NCBI GenBank assembly: GCA_963700635.1 | Contig: CAVOYH010000003.1 | Location: forward strand, 160,001 to 224,000 | DNA: 64,000 bases | Source of the DNA: an uncultured Bacteroidota bacterium | GTDB lineage: Bacteria; Bacteroidota; Ignavibacteria; UBA10030; UBA6906 | Direction of reading: 5' to 3' | Shown: positions 41,172-49,837 of the stretch, piece after piece | How the letters are laid out: every line of letters starts with the position of its first letter | How positions within the stretch are numbered: the first letter of the stretch is position 1 | Notes under the pieces: generated by a model | Told to the model about the DNA's origin: nothing | Seen by the model: the letters and a program-made list of their open reading frames with translations, nothing else | Database searches by the model: none | Translations under genes and position numbers: made by a program

Positions 41172-42356
41172 ATGTCGCTCTTCGTCCGCGAAACCACGTC
41201 CCTCTTCCATACCTACAAGCGGCTCCCCCTCCATATTGTCCGGGGGGAGGGGATGTACATCTATACCGCGGATGGAACCCGTTATCTGGACATGTTCGCC
41301 GGCATCGCCGTGAATGCGCTCGGGCATGCACATCCGAGGATTGTTGCTGCCATTACGGACCAGGCCGCCCGCTACATCCATGTCTCCAATTATTTCGCCC
41401 AGGAACCTCAGATACACCTTGCAGAACTCCTTCTCCAGTACACCGGCGCGGCACGCGTGTTCTTCACAAACAGCGGGACGGAAGCTATGGAGGGTGCAAT
41501 AAAAATCGTGCGACAGTGGGGAAGCACCCGCGGCAAGACGCACATTGTTGGATTCAGTAACGCGTTCCACGGCAGAACGTTCGGCCCGCTGTCTCTTATG
41601 GACCGCCCCTCCTACCGTGATGGGTTCGGGCCGTTTCTGGCCGGCTGTACATCACTCCCCTTTAATGATAACGATGCTCTGAGGGCCGGGGTTGGTCCGG
41701 AGACAGCCGCCGTTGTCATCGAGTGTATTCAGGGCGAGGGAGGCATCAGGCCCGTCACATCGTCCTTCGTGGATACCCTCCAGGAACTCCGCAAGCAGTA
41801 CGGATTCCTTCTGATCGCGGATGAGATACAGAGCGGCGTGGGACGGACTGGGCGATTTCTGGCCTCGGAACATTTTTCCCTGAACGCCGACATTGTCACG
41901 CTTGCAAAACCAATAGGCGGAGGACTCCCTCTCGGAGCCATTCTCGGCACTCAGTCGGTCGGCGATGTCCTGCAACCGGGCATGCATGGCACCACATTCG
42001 GCGGGAATCCTGTCGCGTGCGCAGCAGGTATCGCCGTCATGGAAGAAATCCAGGACCATTCACTCATGCCCCACGCAACATCAATGGGCAATCTGATGCT
42101 CTCCCGGCTGCGCGAGTGTGTGACCGAATATCCGGCGCTCTGCAAGGAGGTCCGCGGGATCGGACTGATGGTTGGACTGGAGCTAACCGTCGACGCCGAA
42201 CCGGTCGTGACCGCCATGCGCGGACATGGGATTCTTATCAACGGAACAGATAAGACTGTCTTGCGCTTTGTTCCCCCCCTCATTGTGACCCCTGAAGAGA
42301 TCCACCGGACCGTGGACACCCTGCGGCAGGTCCTGTCCGGGATTTCCTCTTTTTGA
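41172..42356 (+). CDS. argD: Acetylornithine aminotransferase
   Basis: NSGTEAME, FHGRT, IQGEGG, DEIQSGVGRTG, AKPIGGG, HGTTFGGNP; ATG 41172 after GGAGG. Confidence 0.93.
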   Translation: MSLFVRETTSLFHTYKRLPLHIVRGEGMYIYTADGTRYLDMFAGIAVNALGHAHPRIVAAITDQAARYIHVSNYFAQEPQIHLAELLLQYTGAARVFFTNSGTEAMEGAIKIVRQWGSTRGKTHIVGFSNAFHGRTFGPLSLMDRPSYRDGFGPFLAGCTSLPFNDNDALRAGVGPETAAVVIECIQGEGGIRPVTSSFVDTLQELRKQYGFLLIADEIQSGVGRTGRFLASEHFSLNADIVTLAKPIGGGLPLGAILGTQSVGDVLQPGMHGTTFGGNPVACAAGIAVMEEIQDHSLMPHATSMGNLMLSRLRECVTEYPALCKEVRGIGLMVGLELTVDAEPVVTAMRGHGILINGTDKTVLRFVPPLIVTPEEIHRTVDTLRQVLSGISSF

Positions 42357-42506
42357 TAAGTGCTTGTCGAATTTGGCAACACTTGCTCGATCGCCGGGTA
42401 TAAAATCCCCTTCCTGATGCGATTTTCCGTATCTTGTTCTGGCACACGCATTGTGGTTTAACTCTTTTCAACGTATATATTTCCGCCTTCACGGTACAGG
42501 AGACCC

Positions 42507-43361
42507 ATGTTTCGTATTATCCGCACCGATGTTCTTGCCCCGACCATCACACGATTTGAGATCGAGGCCCCTTTTGTCGCACGGAAACGTAAGGCGGGCA
42601 ATTTTGTCATGATCCGCATCGACAATAATGGCGAACGTATACCCCTCACCATTGCCGACAGCGATCCCGAAAAAGGGACTATCACTATTATAGTGCAGGC
42701 CGTCGGAAAGACCACAAAACAACTCTGCGGTCTGGCCGCAGGCGACACCATTCTTGATGTCGTCGGACCGCTGGGTACCCCGACTCCCATCGCTCACCAC
42801 GGAACGGTCGTGTGTGTCGGCGGCGGCGTGGGAACGGCAGAGCTGTATCCCATTGCCCATGCCCTCAAAGAGGCGGGCAATACCGTGCTGTCGATTGTGG
42901 GAGCGCGATCGCGCGACCTCGTCATTCTGGAACAGGAAATGGTCTCCCTGTCCGATCATCTCTACATCACCACCGACGACGGCTCGTACGGACGGAAAGG
43001 CTTCGTCACCGATCAGCTCAAAGAGCTCCTGGATACCGTCAAGGGAATAGGCGCAGTCTTTGCCATCGGTCCCATCCCCATGATGAAGGCCGTGTCCGCG
43101 CTCACCAAACCGTACAACGTACACACGCTTGTTTCACTAAACACCATTATGGTCGACGGTACGGGCATGTGCGGCGGTTGCCGCGTAACGATAAATGGCG
43201 AGATGAAATTTGCCTGTGTAGACGGCCCGGAGTTTGACGGTCATATGGTGGATTTTGATGAACTGATGATGCGCAATAGAACGTACGGGGATCTCGAACG
43301 GACGGCGGACGAACGGCATGCCTGCAGAATTGCCACCGCAACGCAGGAGAACATCCGATGA
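42507..43361 (+). CDS. nfnA: NfnA/SudB-like FAD/NAD-binding [2Fe-2S] subunit
   Basis: ERIPLTIAD, GGGVG, TDDGSYG, MVDGTGMCGGCRV...CVDGPEF. Confidence 0.85.
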   Translation: MFRIIRTDVLAPTITRFEIEAPFVARKRKAGNFVMIRIDNNGERIPLTIADSDPEKGTITIIVQAVGKTTKQLCGLAAGDTILDVVGPLGTPTPIAHHGTVVCVGGGVGTAELYPIAHALKEAGNTVLSIVGARSRDLVILEQEMVSLSDHLYITTDDGSYGRKGFVTDQLKELLDTVKGIGAVFAIGPIPMMKAVSALTKPYNVHTLVSLNTIMVDGTGMCGGCRVTINGEMKFACVDGPEFDGHMVDFDELMMRNRTYGDLERTADERHACRIATATQENIR

Positions 43362-44788
43362 CAATTCCGAACCCGCTCAAGCCATCCGAACGGATGAAGA
43401 TTCCCCGTCAGGAGTCCATCGAGCAGGATCCCGGCGCGCGAAGCACCAATTTTCTTGAAGTATCGTTCGGCTTCGATATGGACCGCACGATCATCGAAGC
43501 CAAACGCTGTCTCGACTGCAAAACGCCGTATTGTATCGACGGATGCCCCGTCGGGATCGACATCCCCAGCTTCATCGGGCTTGTGCTGGAGAAAGATTAT
43601 ATCGGAGCGGTCCGGAAGATTCGCGAGGCCAACTATCTCCCCGCCATTTGCGGACGCGTCTGCCCTCAGGAGACACAGTGCGAAGAGCTCTGCGTTCTCG
43701 GGAAGAAACTGACACCGGTTGCCATCGGAAAACTCGAACGGTTTGTGGCGGATTACGAGATGCGCGAAAACCTGTTTGAGCCGCCTGTCATCAAGGAACG
43801 CCGGGAAGAAAAAATCGCGATCGTGGGATCCGGTCCGGCCGGACTGACCTGCGCGGCCGAGCTCGCACAAATGGGATATCAGGTTACCATCTTCGAAGCC
43901 CTTCACGCGGTCGGGGGGGTGTTACGCTATGGGATCCCCGAATTCCGGCTCCCGAAAGAGATCCTGGACATCGAAACAGACCGGATCAAGGCCCTTGGGG
44001 TCGAAATCTATACGAACTTTGTCGTGGGAAGGACCGCCACCATTGACGAATTTTTCGATGAGTGGAAATTCTCCGCGATCTTTCTGGCGACGGGCGCCGG
44101 GACTCCAACCTTCATGGGGATTCCGGGAGAGAACCTGAGCGGAGTGTATTCCGCGAATGAATTTCTCACACGCGTCAACCTGATGGGCGCCTACAAGTTT
44201 CCGGACGTTGACACACCCATTCGTATCGGCAAACAGGTGGCGGTGATCGGCGGCGGGAATACTGCCATGGATGCCGTGCGAACCGCGAAGCGGCTTGGGG
44301 CTGAAAAGGCGTATCTGATCTACCGCCGGTCGCGCCAGGAAATGCCTGCACGGCAGGAAGAAATTCATCATGCCGAGCAGGAAGGCATCGAACTTTTGCT
44401 TCTGACCAACCCCACCCGCATCATCGGCGACGAGCAGAACTGGGTCTCGGGAATTGAATGTCAGCGGATGGAACTCGGCGAACCCGACGAGTCAGGCAGG
44501 AGGAAACCTGTTGCCGTTCAAGGATCTGAGTTCCGCCTTGCGGTGCAAACGATCGTCGAAGCGATTGGACAGAGACCAAACCCGATCATCCAGTCCACCA
44601 CGCCGGGGCTGACCACCAGCAAACGCGGCACCGTGGTGACGGATGAGACACAAAAGACCAGCAGGCGGGGGATCTTTGCGGGTGGGGATCTGTCGCGCGG
44701 AGGCGCGACGGTCATTCTGGCGATGCGCGATGGAAAGCAGGCATCCGCTGCTATTCACGAATTCCTGACAGGAACATCCGGCGCCTAG
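43358..44788 (+). CDS. nfnB: NfnB/SudA (GltD-like) NADPH-dependent Fe-S flavoprotein
   Basis: RCLDC...CIDGCP, CGRVCPQETQCE, GSGPAG, GGGNTAMD, YRR; ATGA overlap with nfnA; no gltB adjacent. Confidence 0.82.
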   Translation: MTIPNPLKPSERMKIPRQESIEQDPGARSTNFLEVSFGFDMDRTIIEAKRCLDCKTPYCIDGCPVGIDIPSFIGLVLEKDYIGAVRKIREANYLPAICGRVCPQETQCEELCVLGKKLTPVAIGKLERFVADYEMRENLFEPPVIKERREEKIAIVGSGPAGLTCAAELAQMGYQVTIFEALHAVGGVLRYGIPEFRLPKEILDIETDRIKALGVEIYTNFVVGRTATIDEFFDEWKFSAIFLATGAGTPTFMGIPGENLSGVYSANEFLTRVNLMGAYKFPDVDTPIRIGKQVAVIGGGNTAMDAVRTAKRLGAEKAYLIYRRSRQEMPARQEEIHHAEQEGIELLLLTNPTRIIGDEQNWVSGIECQRMELGEPDESGRRKPVAVQGSEFRLAVQTIVEAIGQRPNPIIQSTTPGLTTSKRGTVVTDETQKTSRRGIFAGGDLSRGGATVILAMRDGKQASAAIHEFLTGTSGA

Positions 44789-45971
44789 CGGTTCTGAAGC
44801 ACATAGGCCCGCGTAATAATCGGATCCACATTGTGCCGCGAAAGAATCCGGTCGATCATCCCGGTGGTGAGCACAGTATCCGCAGGCAGCAGTTTGATAC
44901 CGCCCGAAGTCACCAGTTCGGTGGCAAGGACCATTCCTGGCTCCAGGGCCTGGACGGCCACTTCCTTTTTCCCTGTATCCAATCCGCATCAACCACAGCC
45001 ATCAGGTATTCCTCGGTAAGTTGCACAAGGCGGGCATCGAACAGCGTACCGCTGCCGGATGTCAGGCGTTGCCGGATGACCCGGGGATCCAGCGACTCAC
45101 CTTCCTCAACAGCGTTGATAATCCGGAGAATCCGTGAACCAAGGGGGATCTGATCTCTGAGCAGGTGGTCCGGCAATCCGGTGCCATCCACGTTCTCCGC
45201 CTGATGCCGTAGCAGATGTCCCACCTCACGAAGCTGGGGTACATTCCCGACGATCATGTGACCGAAGAGGGGAAACTGCGCCATCGTATCTCTGTCTACC
45301 TGCGTCCATGCCGCACGGTCTTTCGTCAGTACTCCGTCTGCCACAACAACTTTTCCGATTTCATGCAGTTTGGCAGCCAGCACGATATTGTGCAGGGACT
45401 CTTCTGGAAAACTCAGGCGGGTACAAATCCAGCGGGCATACGCACCGGCGCGTTGGGAGCGGCCTGCGGCCGCCGGCACACGCAAACTGACAATATTCAC
45501 AAGCAGGGCCGTGAGAGCGTCGAGATGCTCACCCAGCGCTGTATTCAGACGCTTAAGTTCTGTTCCGTCCGCCTTGAGTTGATCCTGCATCTTTTTGATA
45601 CGGAGCAGCGCGCGGATGCGCGACAAAAATTCCACGGGCGGGAATGGCTTCACGATGTAGTCGTCCACCCCGGCCTCATACCCCTTCAGTTTTGTCTGCA
45701 TCTCCCCCGCGCCTGTGAGCATCATGACCATCGCGTCGTGCAGCAGGGTATTCTGGCGGACCCATTCAACGAAGTCGAGTCCGCTCTCTTCTCCGAGCAG
45801 CAGATCGACCACGATCAGTGAGGGTGTGTCCCATTCGGCGAGTCGTTTTGCTTCAGCGATATTCTGGGCGGAAGCGACGTTGTACAGCCCTTCGGCTGTT
45901 AACAGATCCTTTACCATCTTAAGGGCAACAGGATCATCGTCGACCAGGAGTATAACCGGACGGAGCTTCAT
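44785..45971 (-). CDS. Response regulator with degenerate HD-GYP domain; frameshift near 44970
   Basis: Receiver domain (LVDDD, VVD, MLT, IVKP); HEIGK and RHQAENVDGTGLP; C-terminal LEPGMVLA...GIKLLP module continues in the frame of ORF 44785..44982. Confidence 0.8.
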
Positions 45972-46756
45972 GACCCCTCTCCTGCAATAAACTTCACCAC
46001 AATGCTGACCCGCCGGTTGGTAACGTCGTAGGGATCCCGGGCATTCTTGAGCCGGCTATCCGCATAGCCGCGCACCTCGTCGAACCGCGCCATCGGTACG
46101 CCATTACGCACGAGCACCCGGCGCGCGCTATTCGCGCGATCGGCACTGAGTTCGAAATTCGTGTAGCCATCATTGGTCGAATAGGGCCGGCTGTCCGTAT
46201 GACCTTCGATGATAAGATGGTTGGGTAACTTTGCAATTTCATCCGCGATGATCTTCAGCAGATCGACGGCTTCCCGTTTCATGCTTGCGGTACCAACATC
46301 AAAAAAGAATGACTCCGACCTGTCCAGCAATTCGATCCGCAACCCTTCACGGATAATCTCTATATTCACCTGGTCGGCGAGTTTACTGAGCCCCGGTTTG
46401 CCGCTTAGTTCCTGGAGAATCTGTTGTGCCATCGCCTGCAGATGGAGCGAATCTTGCTGGCGTTTGAGTCGGTCCTCCATAATTTTTTGTTCACCCAGGG
46501 GCAATTGTTTCGACTCAAAGACTCCCCCTCCCTTTGTATTCTCCATAAACGCCCCGGGGTCTTTGAAGTACTCTGCGACGTAGGATTTCACCTGCTGGCT
46601 TTGGCCGACGATCCAGAGCACGATGAAGAGTGCCATCATGGCGGTCACAAAATCAGCATAGGCCACCTTCCACGCACCCCCGTGGTGCCCGCCGTGGCGG
46701 ACCTTCTTTTTGATGATGCGTATGGGAGGGTTTTGCGATTGATCAAACGGATCCAT
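45968..46756 (-). CDS. motB: Flagellar stator protein MotB (set 1)
   Basis: HGGAWKVAYADFVTAMMALF; OmpA-like EGHTD...NFELSADRA...NRRV. Confidence 0.95.
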   Translation of the reverse strand: MDPFDQSQNPPIRIIKKKVRHGGHHGGAWKVAYADFVTAMMALFIVLWIVGQSQQVKSYVAEYFKDPGAFMENTKGGGVFESKQLPLGEQKIMEDRLKRQQDSLHLQAMAQQILQELSGKPGLSKLADQVNIEIIREGLRIELLDRSESFFFDVGTASMKREAVDLLKIIADEIAKLPNHLIIEGHTDSRPYSTNDGYTNFELSADRANSARRVLVRNGVPMARFDEVRGYADSRLKNARDPYDVTNRRVSIVVKFIAGEGS

Positions 46757-46765
46757 GGAATCGGC

Positions 46766-47632
46766 CTATGCTTGCTGAGCTTTGGCGCTGCGGACCGCAT
46801 CTTCGAGTTCTGCGAACGATGGCCGCACGCTATGAAAAATGACTCGTCGGGAGAATTCCACCACAATAATCGGGGCATTCCCCTTGGCATAGGCGACGAT
46901 GCCGGCTTTGATACACTCCAGGAACCGTGCTTCCGACGCCTGGAGCAGCTCGATATGTGTTGCGAGGGGCTGCACAAAACCATACGATGCCAGAATACCG
47001 ATGAAGGTGCCCACCAAAGCCACTGCGACTTTATGCCCGATCTCCTCGGGAGGTCCGCTGATGGCCTGCATGGTAATCACGATACCCAGAACAGCAGCCA
47101 CAATTCCAAGTCCCGGAAGCGCATCTCCGATTTTCTGAATCAGAGCCGGTGCCGAAGCGCCCTCGGCATGGTGGCTGTCCAGGTCCGCATCCAGCAATGC
47201 TTCCACATCATACGGCGGCACACCCCCACCGAGAAGAAGCTTCATGGTATCGCACAGATAAAACAGCGCATGGTGATGCTGGAGAAGAAATGCATTCTTT
47301 GAGAATACCGTGCTCTTTTCAGGATCCATCACGTGCGGCTCGAGCGCGATCAAGCCATCCCGCTTGGCCACCGTAAACAGATCAAAAAGCGTCAGAAGAA
47401 GCTCGAGATAACGCTTTTTTGTGAACGGGTCGCCTTTAAACACTCCGAGCGTCTGGGCAAGCACCATTTTCAGTTGCACCAGCGGGGTCATAACCATCAG
47501 AGACCCTATCGCCGCGCCGCCGATGATCAGGAACTCGACGGGTTGGATGAGAACCATGAGTGGTCCACCTTCCAGCACAAAGCCCCCGAGGACTCCTATG
47601 AGTACGATTGCAGCGCCTATAATGACAAACAT
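46766..47632 (-). CDS. motA: Flagellar stator protein MotA (set 1, long proteobacterial-like type)
   Basis: EFLIIGGAAIG, DALPGLGIVAAVLGIVITM, ALVGTFIGILASYG, RPSFAELE. Confidence 0.95.
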   Translation of the reverse strand: MFVIIGAAIVLIGVLGGFVLEGGPLMVLIQPVEFLIIGGAAIGSLMVMTPLVQLKMVLAQTLGVFKGDPFTKKRYLELLLTLFDLFTVAKRDGLIALEPHVMDPEKSTVFSKNAFLLQHHHALFYLCDTMKLLLGGGVPPYDVEALLDADLDSHHAEGASAPALIQKIGDALPGLGIVAAVLGIVITMQAISGPPEEIGHKVAVALVGTFIGILASYGFVQPLATHIELLQASEARFLECIKAGIVAYAKGNAPIIVVEFSRRVIFHSVRPSFAELEDAVRSAKAQQA

Positions 47633-47653
47633 GGTAGTCCTGTCTCTTCTGCG

Positions 47654-47884
47654 TTAATCTTTCGTGTCCTTTGCTCCGGCCACCACGGCACTGCTGCCCG
47701 ACCGATCCGGAGAATGGGGTCCATGTGTTTCCGCAGCGCCGTGCGGCTCTGTACGAATCACGCGCACGCCTGGAGGTGCATCAATCCCGAGCTTTACCTG
47801 TCCACCCCGTATGGCAATCACTTTCACGACGATATTATCGCCGATCTTGATTGCTTCCGAGATTTTTCGTGAAAGCACCAGCAT
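47654..47884 (-). CDS. csrA: Carbon storage regulator (divergent C-terminus)
   Basis: MLVLSRK...IKIGDNI...QVKLGIDAP...R; adjacent to fliW. Confidence 0.88.
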   Translation of the reverse strand: MLVLSRKISEAIKIGDNIVVKVIAIRGGQVKLGIDAPPGVRVIRTEPHGAAETHGPHSPDRSGSSAVVAGAKDTKD

Positions 47885-47886
47885 GC

Positions 47887-48300
47887 TCACGTCCCTTCAA
47901 TGACGGCGTGTACTTCTATCGGAAACCTTTCCGGTAACGCCGCATCATCAAGCGTTACCTGTTCGCCCGTGCGGGGCCCGTTACGGATAATGATGGGATG
48001 GCGGAGATCGAGCCACCATGCCACGTCACCCTCTCCTGTCGTCACAATCACGAATGTGGTGGTCCCTTCGGCCAGGTTCTCGCAACTTGTGTTACCGTTC
48101 AGGACCACGGTCGGATCGAGCACGGTCAGCGCAAGATCCGGATCGTCAACACTTACCAGCCACTGAAACGGAGATGTCCGTTCATCATTAACGATAACAA
48201 GCCGTGTACAATCTTTCCGCTCCAGAAGTCCGTCTGGAAACCGTATCATCTGCTCTTCCGAGCAGGAGATCTCGCCGAAAAGTGTGCTCACAAACTTCAT
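47887..48300 (-). CDS. fliW: Flagellar assembly factor FliW (divergent)
   Basis: STLFGEI...IRFPDGL...[15 protein letters not shown]...P; position next to csrA. Confidence 0.78.
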   Translation of the reverse strand: MKFVSTLFGEISCSEEQMIRFPDGLLERKDCTRLVIVNDERTSPFQWLVSVDDPDLALTVLDPTVVLNGNTSCENLAEGTTTFVIVTTGEGDVAWWLDLRHPIIIRNGPRTGEQVTLDDAALPERFPIEVHAVIEGT

Positions 48301-49055
48301 AGGCGTTTCCTCCGGGGAGTCCCTGGCGCAAGGGCTTCCGCCGTGTGTATGGATGGTTGATGTTGTACCTCGCCCGTGGCGATGATAACAATATCCACCC
48401 TTCTGTTCTTCGATCGATCCCCGGGCGTCTCGTTGGAAGCGATGGGAAAGAACTCCGAATACCCGACCACCGATACTCGCTCCTGAATCAGGCCGTGACG
48501 CTGTATAAGATAGTAGGCCACGTTGAGTGCGCGGGCAACGGAGAGATGCCAGTTCGACGGAAATTGTATGGTGCTGATGGGGACATTGTCGGTATGTCCC
48601 TCCACACGCAAGTCGTTCGGGAGTGTGCGCAGCACGCCTGCGAGAGTGTCGAGGGCGGTCAGGGACGTCTGTTTGATCTCCGCGCTCCCCGATGCAAAGA
48701 GGAGTTCTTCCAGGATATGGATGGTGACGCCGCGTTCATTTTCCGTGACGGTGATCGGGAGGTTCTGTGAATCCAGCTGCAGGGCGTTCCTTACGTCCTG
48801 CACAATCTGCTGGCGCTCGGACTTCAGCGCTGACCCCGGCTGTTCAATCATCGAGGCATTTCCCACCAGAATCCCCCGGGGGGAACCAAAAACGCCGTTG
48901 AGTGCTGATGCTATTTCTGCATACTTGCCTGCGTCAACTTTTGAAATTGCATACAGGATGACGAACAGTCCGAGCAGCAAGGTGATAAGATCGGCGTAGG
49001 TCAGAAGCCATCGATCTTCGTTGCCGTGATGCTGTTGTCTGCGCGTGCGTCTCAT
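48297..49055 (-). CDS. motB: Flagellar stator protein MotB (set 2)
   Basis: RWLLTYADLITLLLGLF; VEGHTDN...SNWHLSVARA...NRRVDI. Confidence 0.93.
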   Translation of the reverse strand: MRRTRRQQHHGNEDRWLLTYADLITLLLGLFVILYAISKVDAGKYAEIASALNGVFGSPRGILVGNASMIEQPGSALKSERQQIVQDVRNALQLDSQNLPITVTENERGVTIHILEELLFASGSAEIKQTSLTALDTLAGVLRTLPNDLRVEGHTDNVPISTIQFPSNWHLSVARALNVAYYLIQRHGLIQERVSVVGYSEFFPIASNETPGDRSKNRRVDIVIIATGEVQHQPSIHTAEALAPGTPRRKRL

Positions 49056-49834
49056 CGTTTTTCCGGCTCCTGTTCACCCGCAGGAAGCATGCTGTTCAGT
49101 TTGGCTTTGATGACCGAAGGGATTTCCCCCGCCTGAATCGCCAGAATCCCCTCGACAATCATGTCCATAAAAAGGTATTCTTCGTTGTGGATGTACTTCA
49201 GCTTGTCCGCGATGGGCAGCCAGACGATATTCGCCATAAACACCCCCCAGAGTGTCGCGACGAAGGCACTTGCGATGTGCCGGATCAGCGTATCCGGATC
49301 CTCGCCCGCAGACGCCAGTGTCGCGATGAGCCCCATCACCGTTCCGATGATGCCCATTGTCGGGGAGTACCCGCCCATCTTCTGGAAGAGCGAGGCGCTT
49401 TGTGTATGCCGTTCAGTCACATAATCCACTTCCGTTTCAGCGAGCGATCGGAGGATTTCCGGTTCGGTGCCATCAATTGCAAAGCGAAGAATCTTGCGCA
49501 TAAACAGATTCTCCACTTTGCCGAGTTCTTTTTCCAGTGCGAGAAGGCCGTCCTTACGCGCGATGGTGGAAAACCGCACCAGCGTGTTAATCGCGTCCTG
49601 CATTGCGTACGTCGGAGGATAGACGACCAGTTTGATCATCTTCCCCATGCGCAGAAACGTCTTGAGCGACGTGCCGACAAGGGCGGCGGCAAACGTACCG
49701 CCAAAAACAATAAGCATGGCGGGGGGGAGCAACAGTCCCTCCATATTCCCGCCTTCCCAGAGGAAGGAACCGAATACGGCAGCCATGCCGAGAAAGAGAC
49801 CCAGGGTAGTTGCTATGTCAAGGGAACGTCTCAT
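49052..49834 (-). CDS. motA: Flagellar stator protein MotA (set 2, short Bacillus/PomA-like type)
   Basis: LIVFGGT, ARKDGLLALE, GGYSPTMGIIGTVMGLI, AFVATLWG. Confidence 0.93.
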   Translation of the reverse strand: MRRSLDIATTLGLFLGMAAVFGSFLWEGGNMEGLLLPPAMLIVFGGTFAAALVGTSLKTFLRMGKMIKLVVYPPTYAMQDAINTLVRFSTIARKDGLLALEKELGKVENLFMRKILRFAIDGTEPEILRSLAETEVDYVTERHTQSASLFQKMGGYSPTMGIIGTVMGLIATLASAGEDPDTLIRHIASAFVATLWGVFMANIVWLPIADKLKYIHNEEYLFMDMIVEGILAIQAGEIPSVIKAKLNSMLPAGEQEPEKR

Positions 49835-49837
49835 TAC

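Noticed and set aside
42357-42506. Rex-like operator upstream of nfnA (TTGTCGAATTTGGCAA)
   Set aside because: Spacing and sequence do not fit TTGTGAA-N4-TTCACAA well enough.
44785-44982. Independent 65-aa gene
   Set aside because: Joins the upstream regulator when one base is added in a G/A run.
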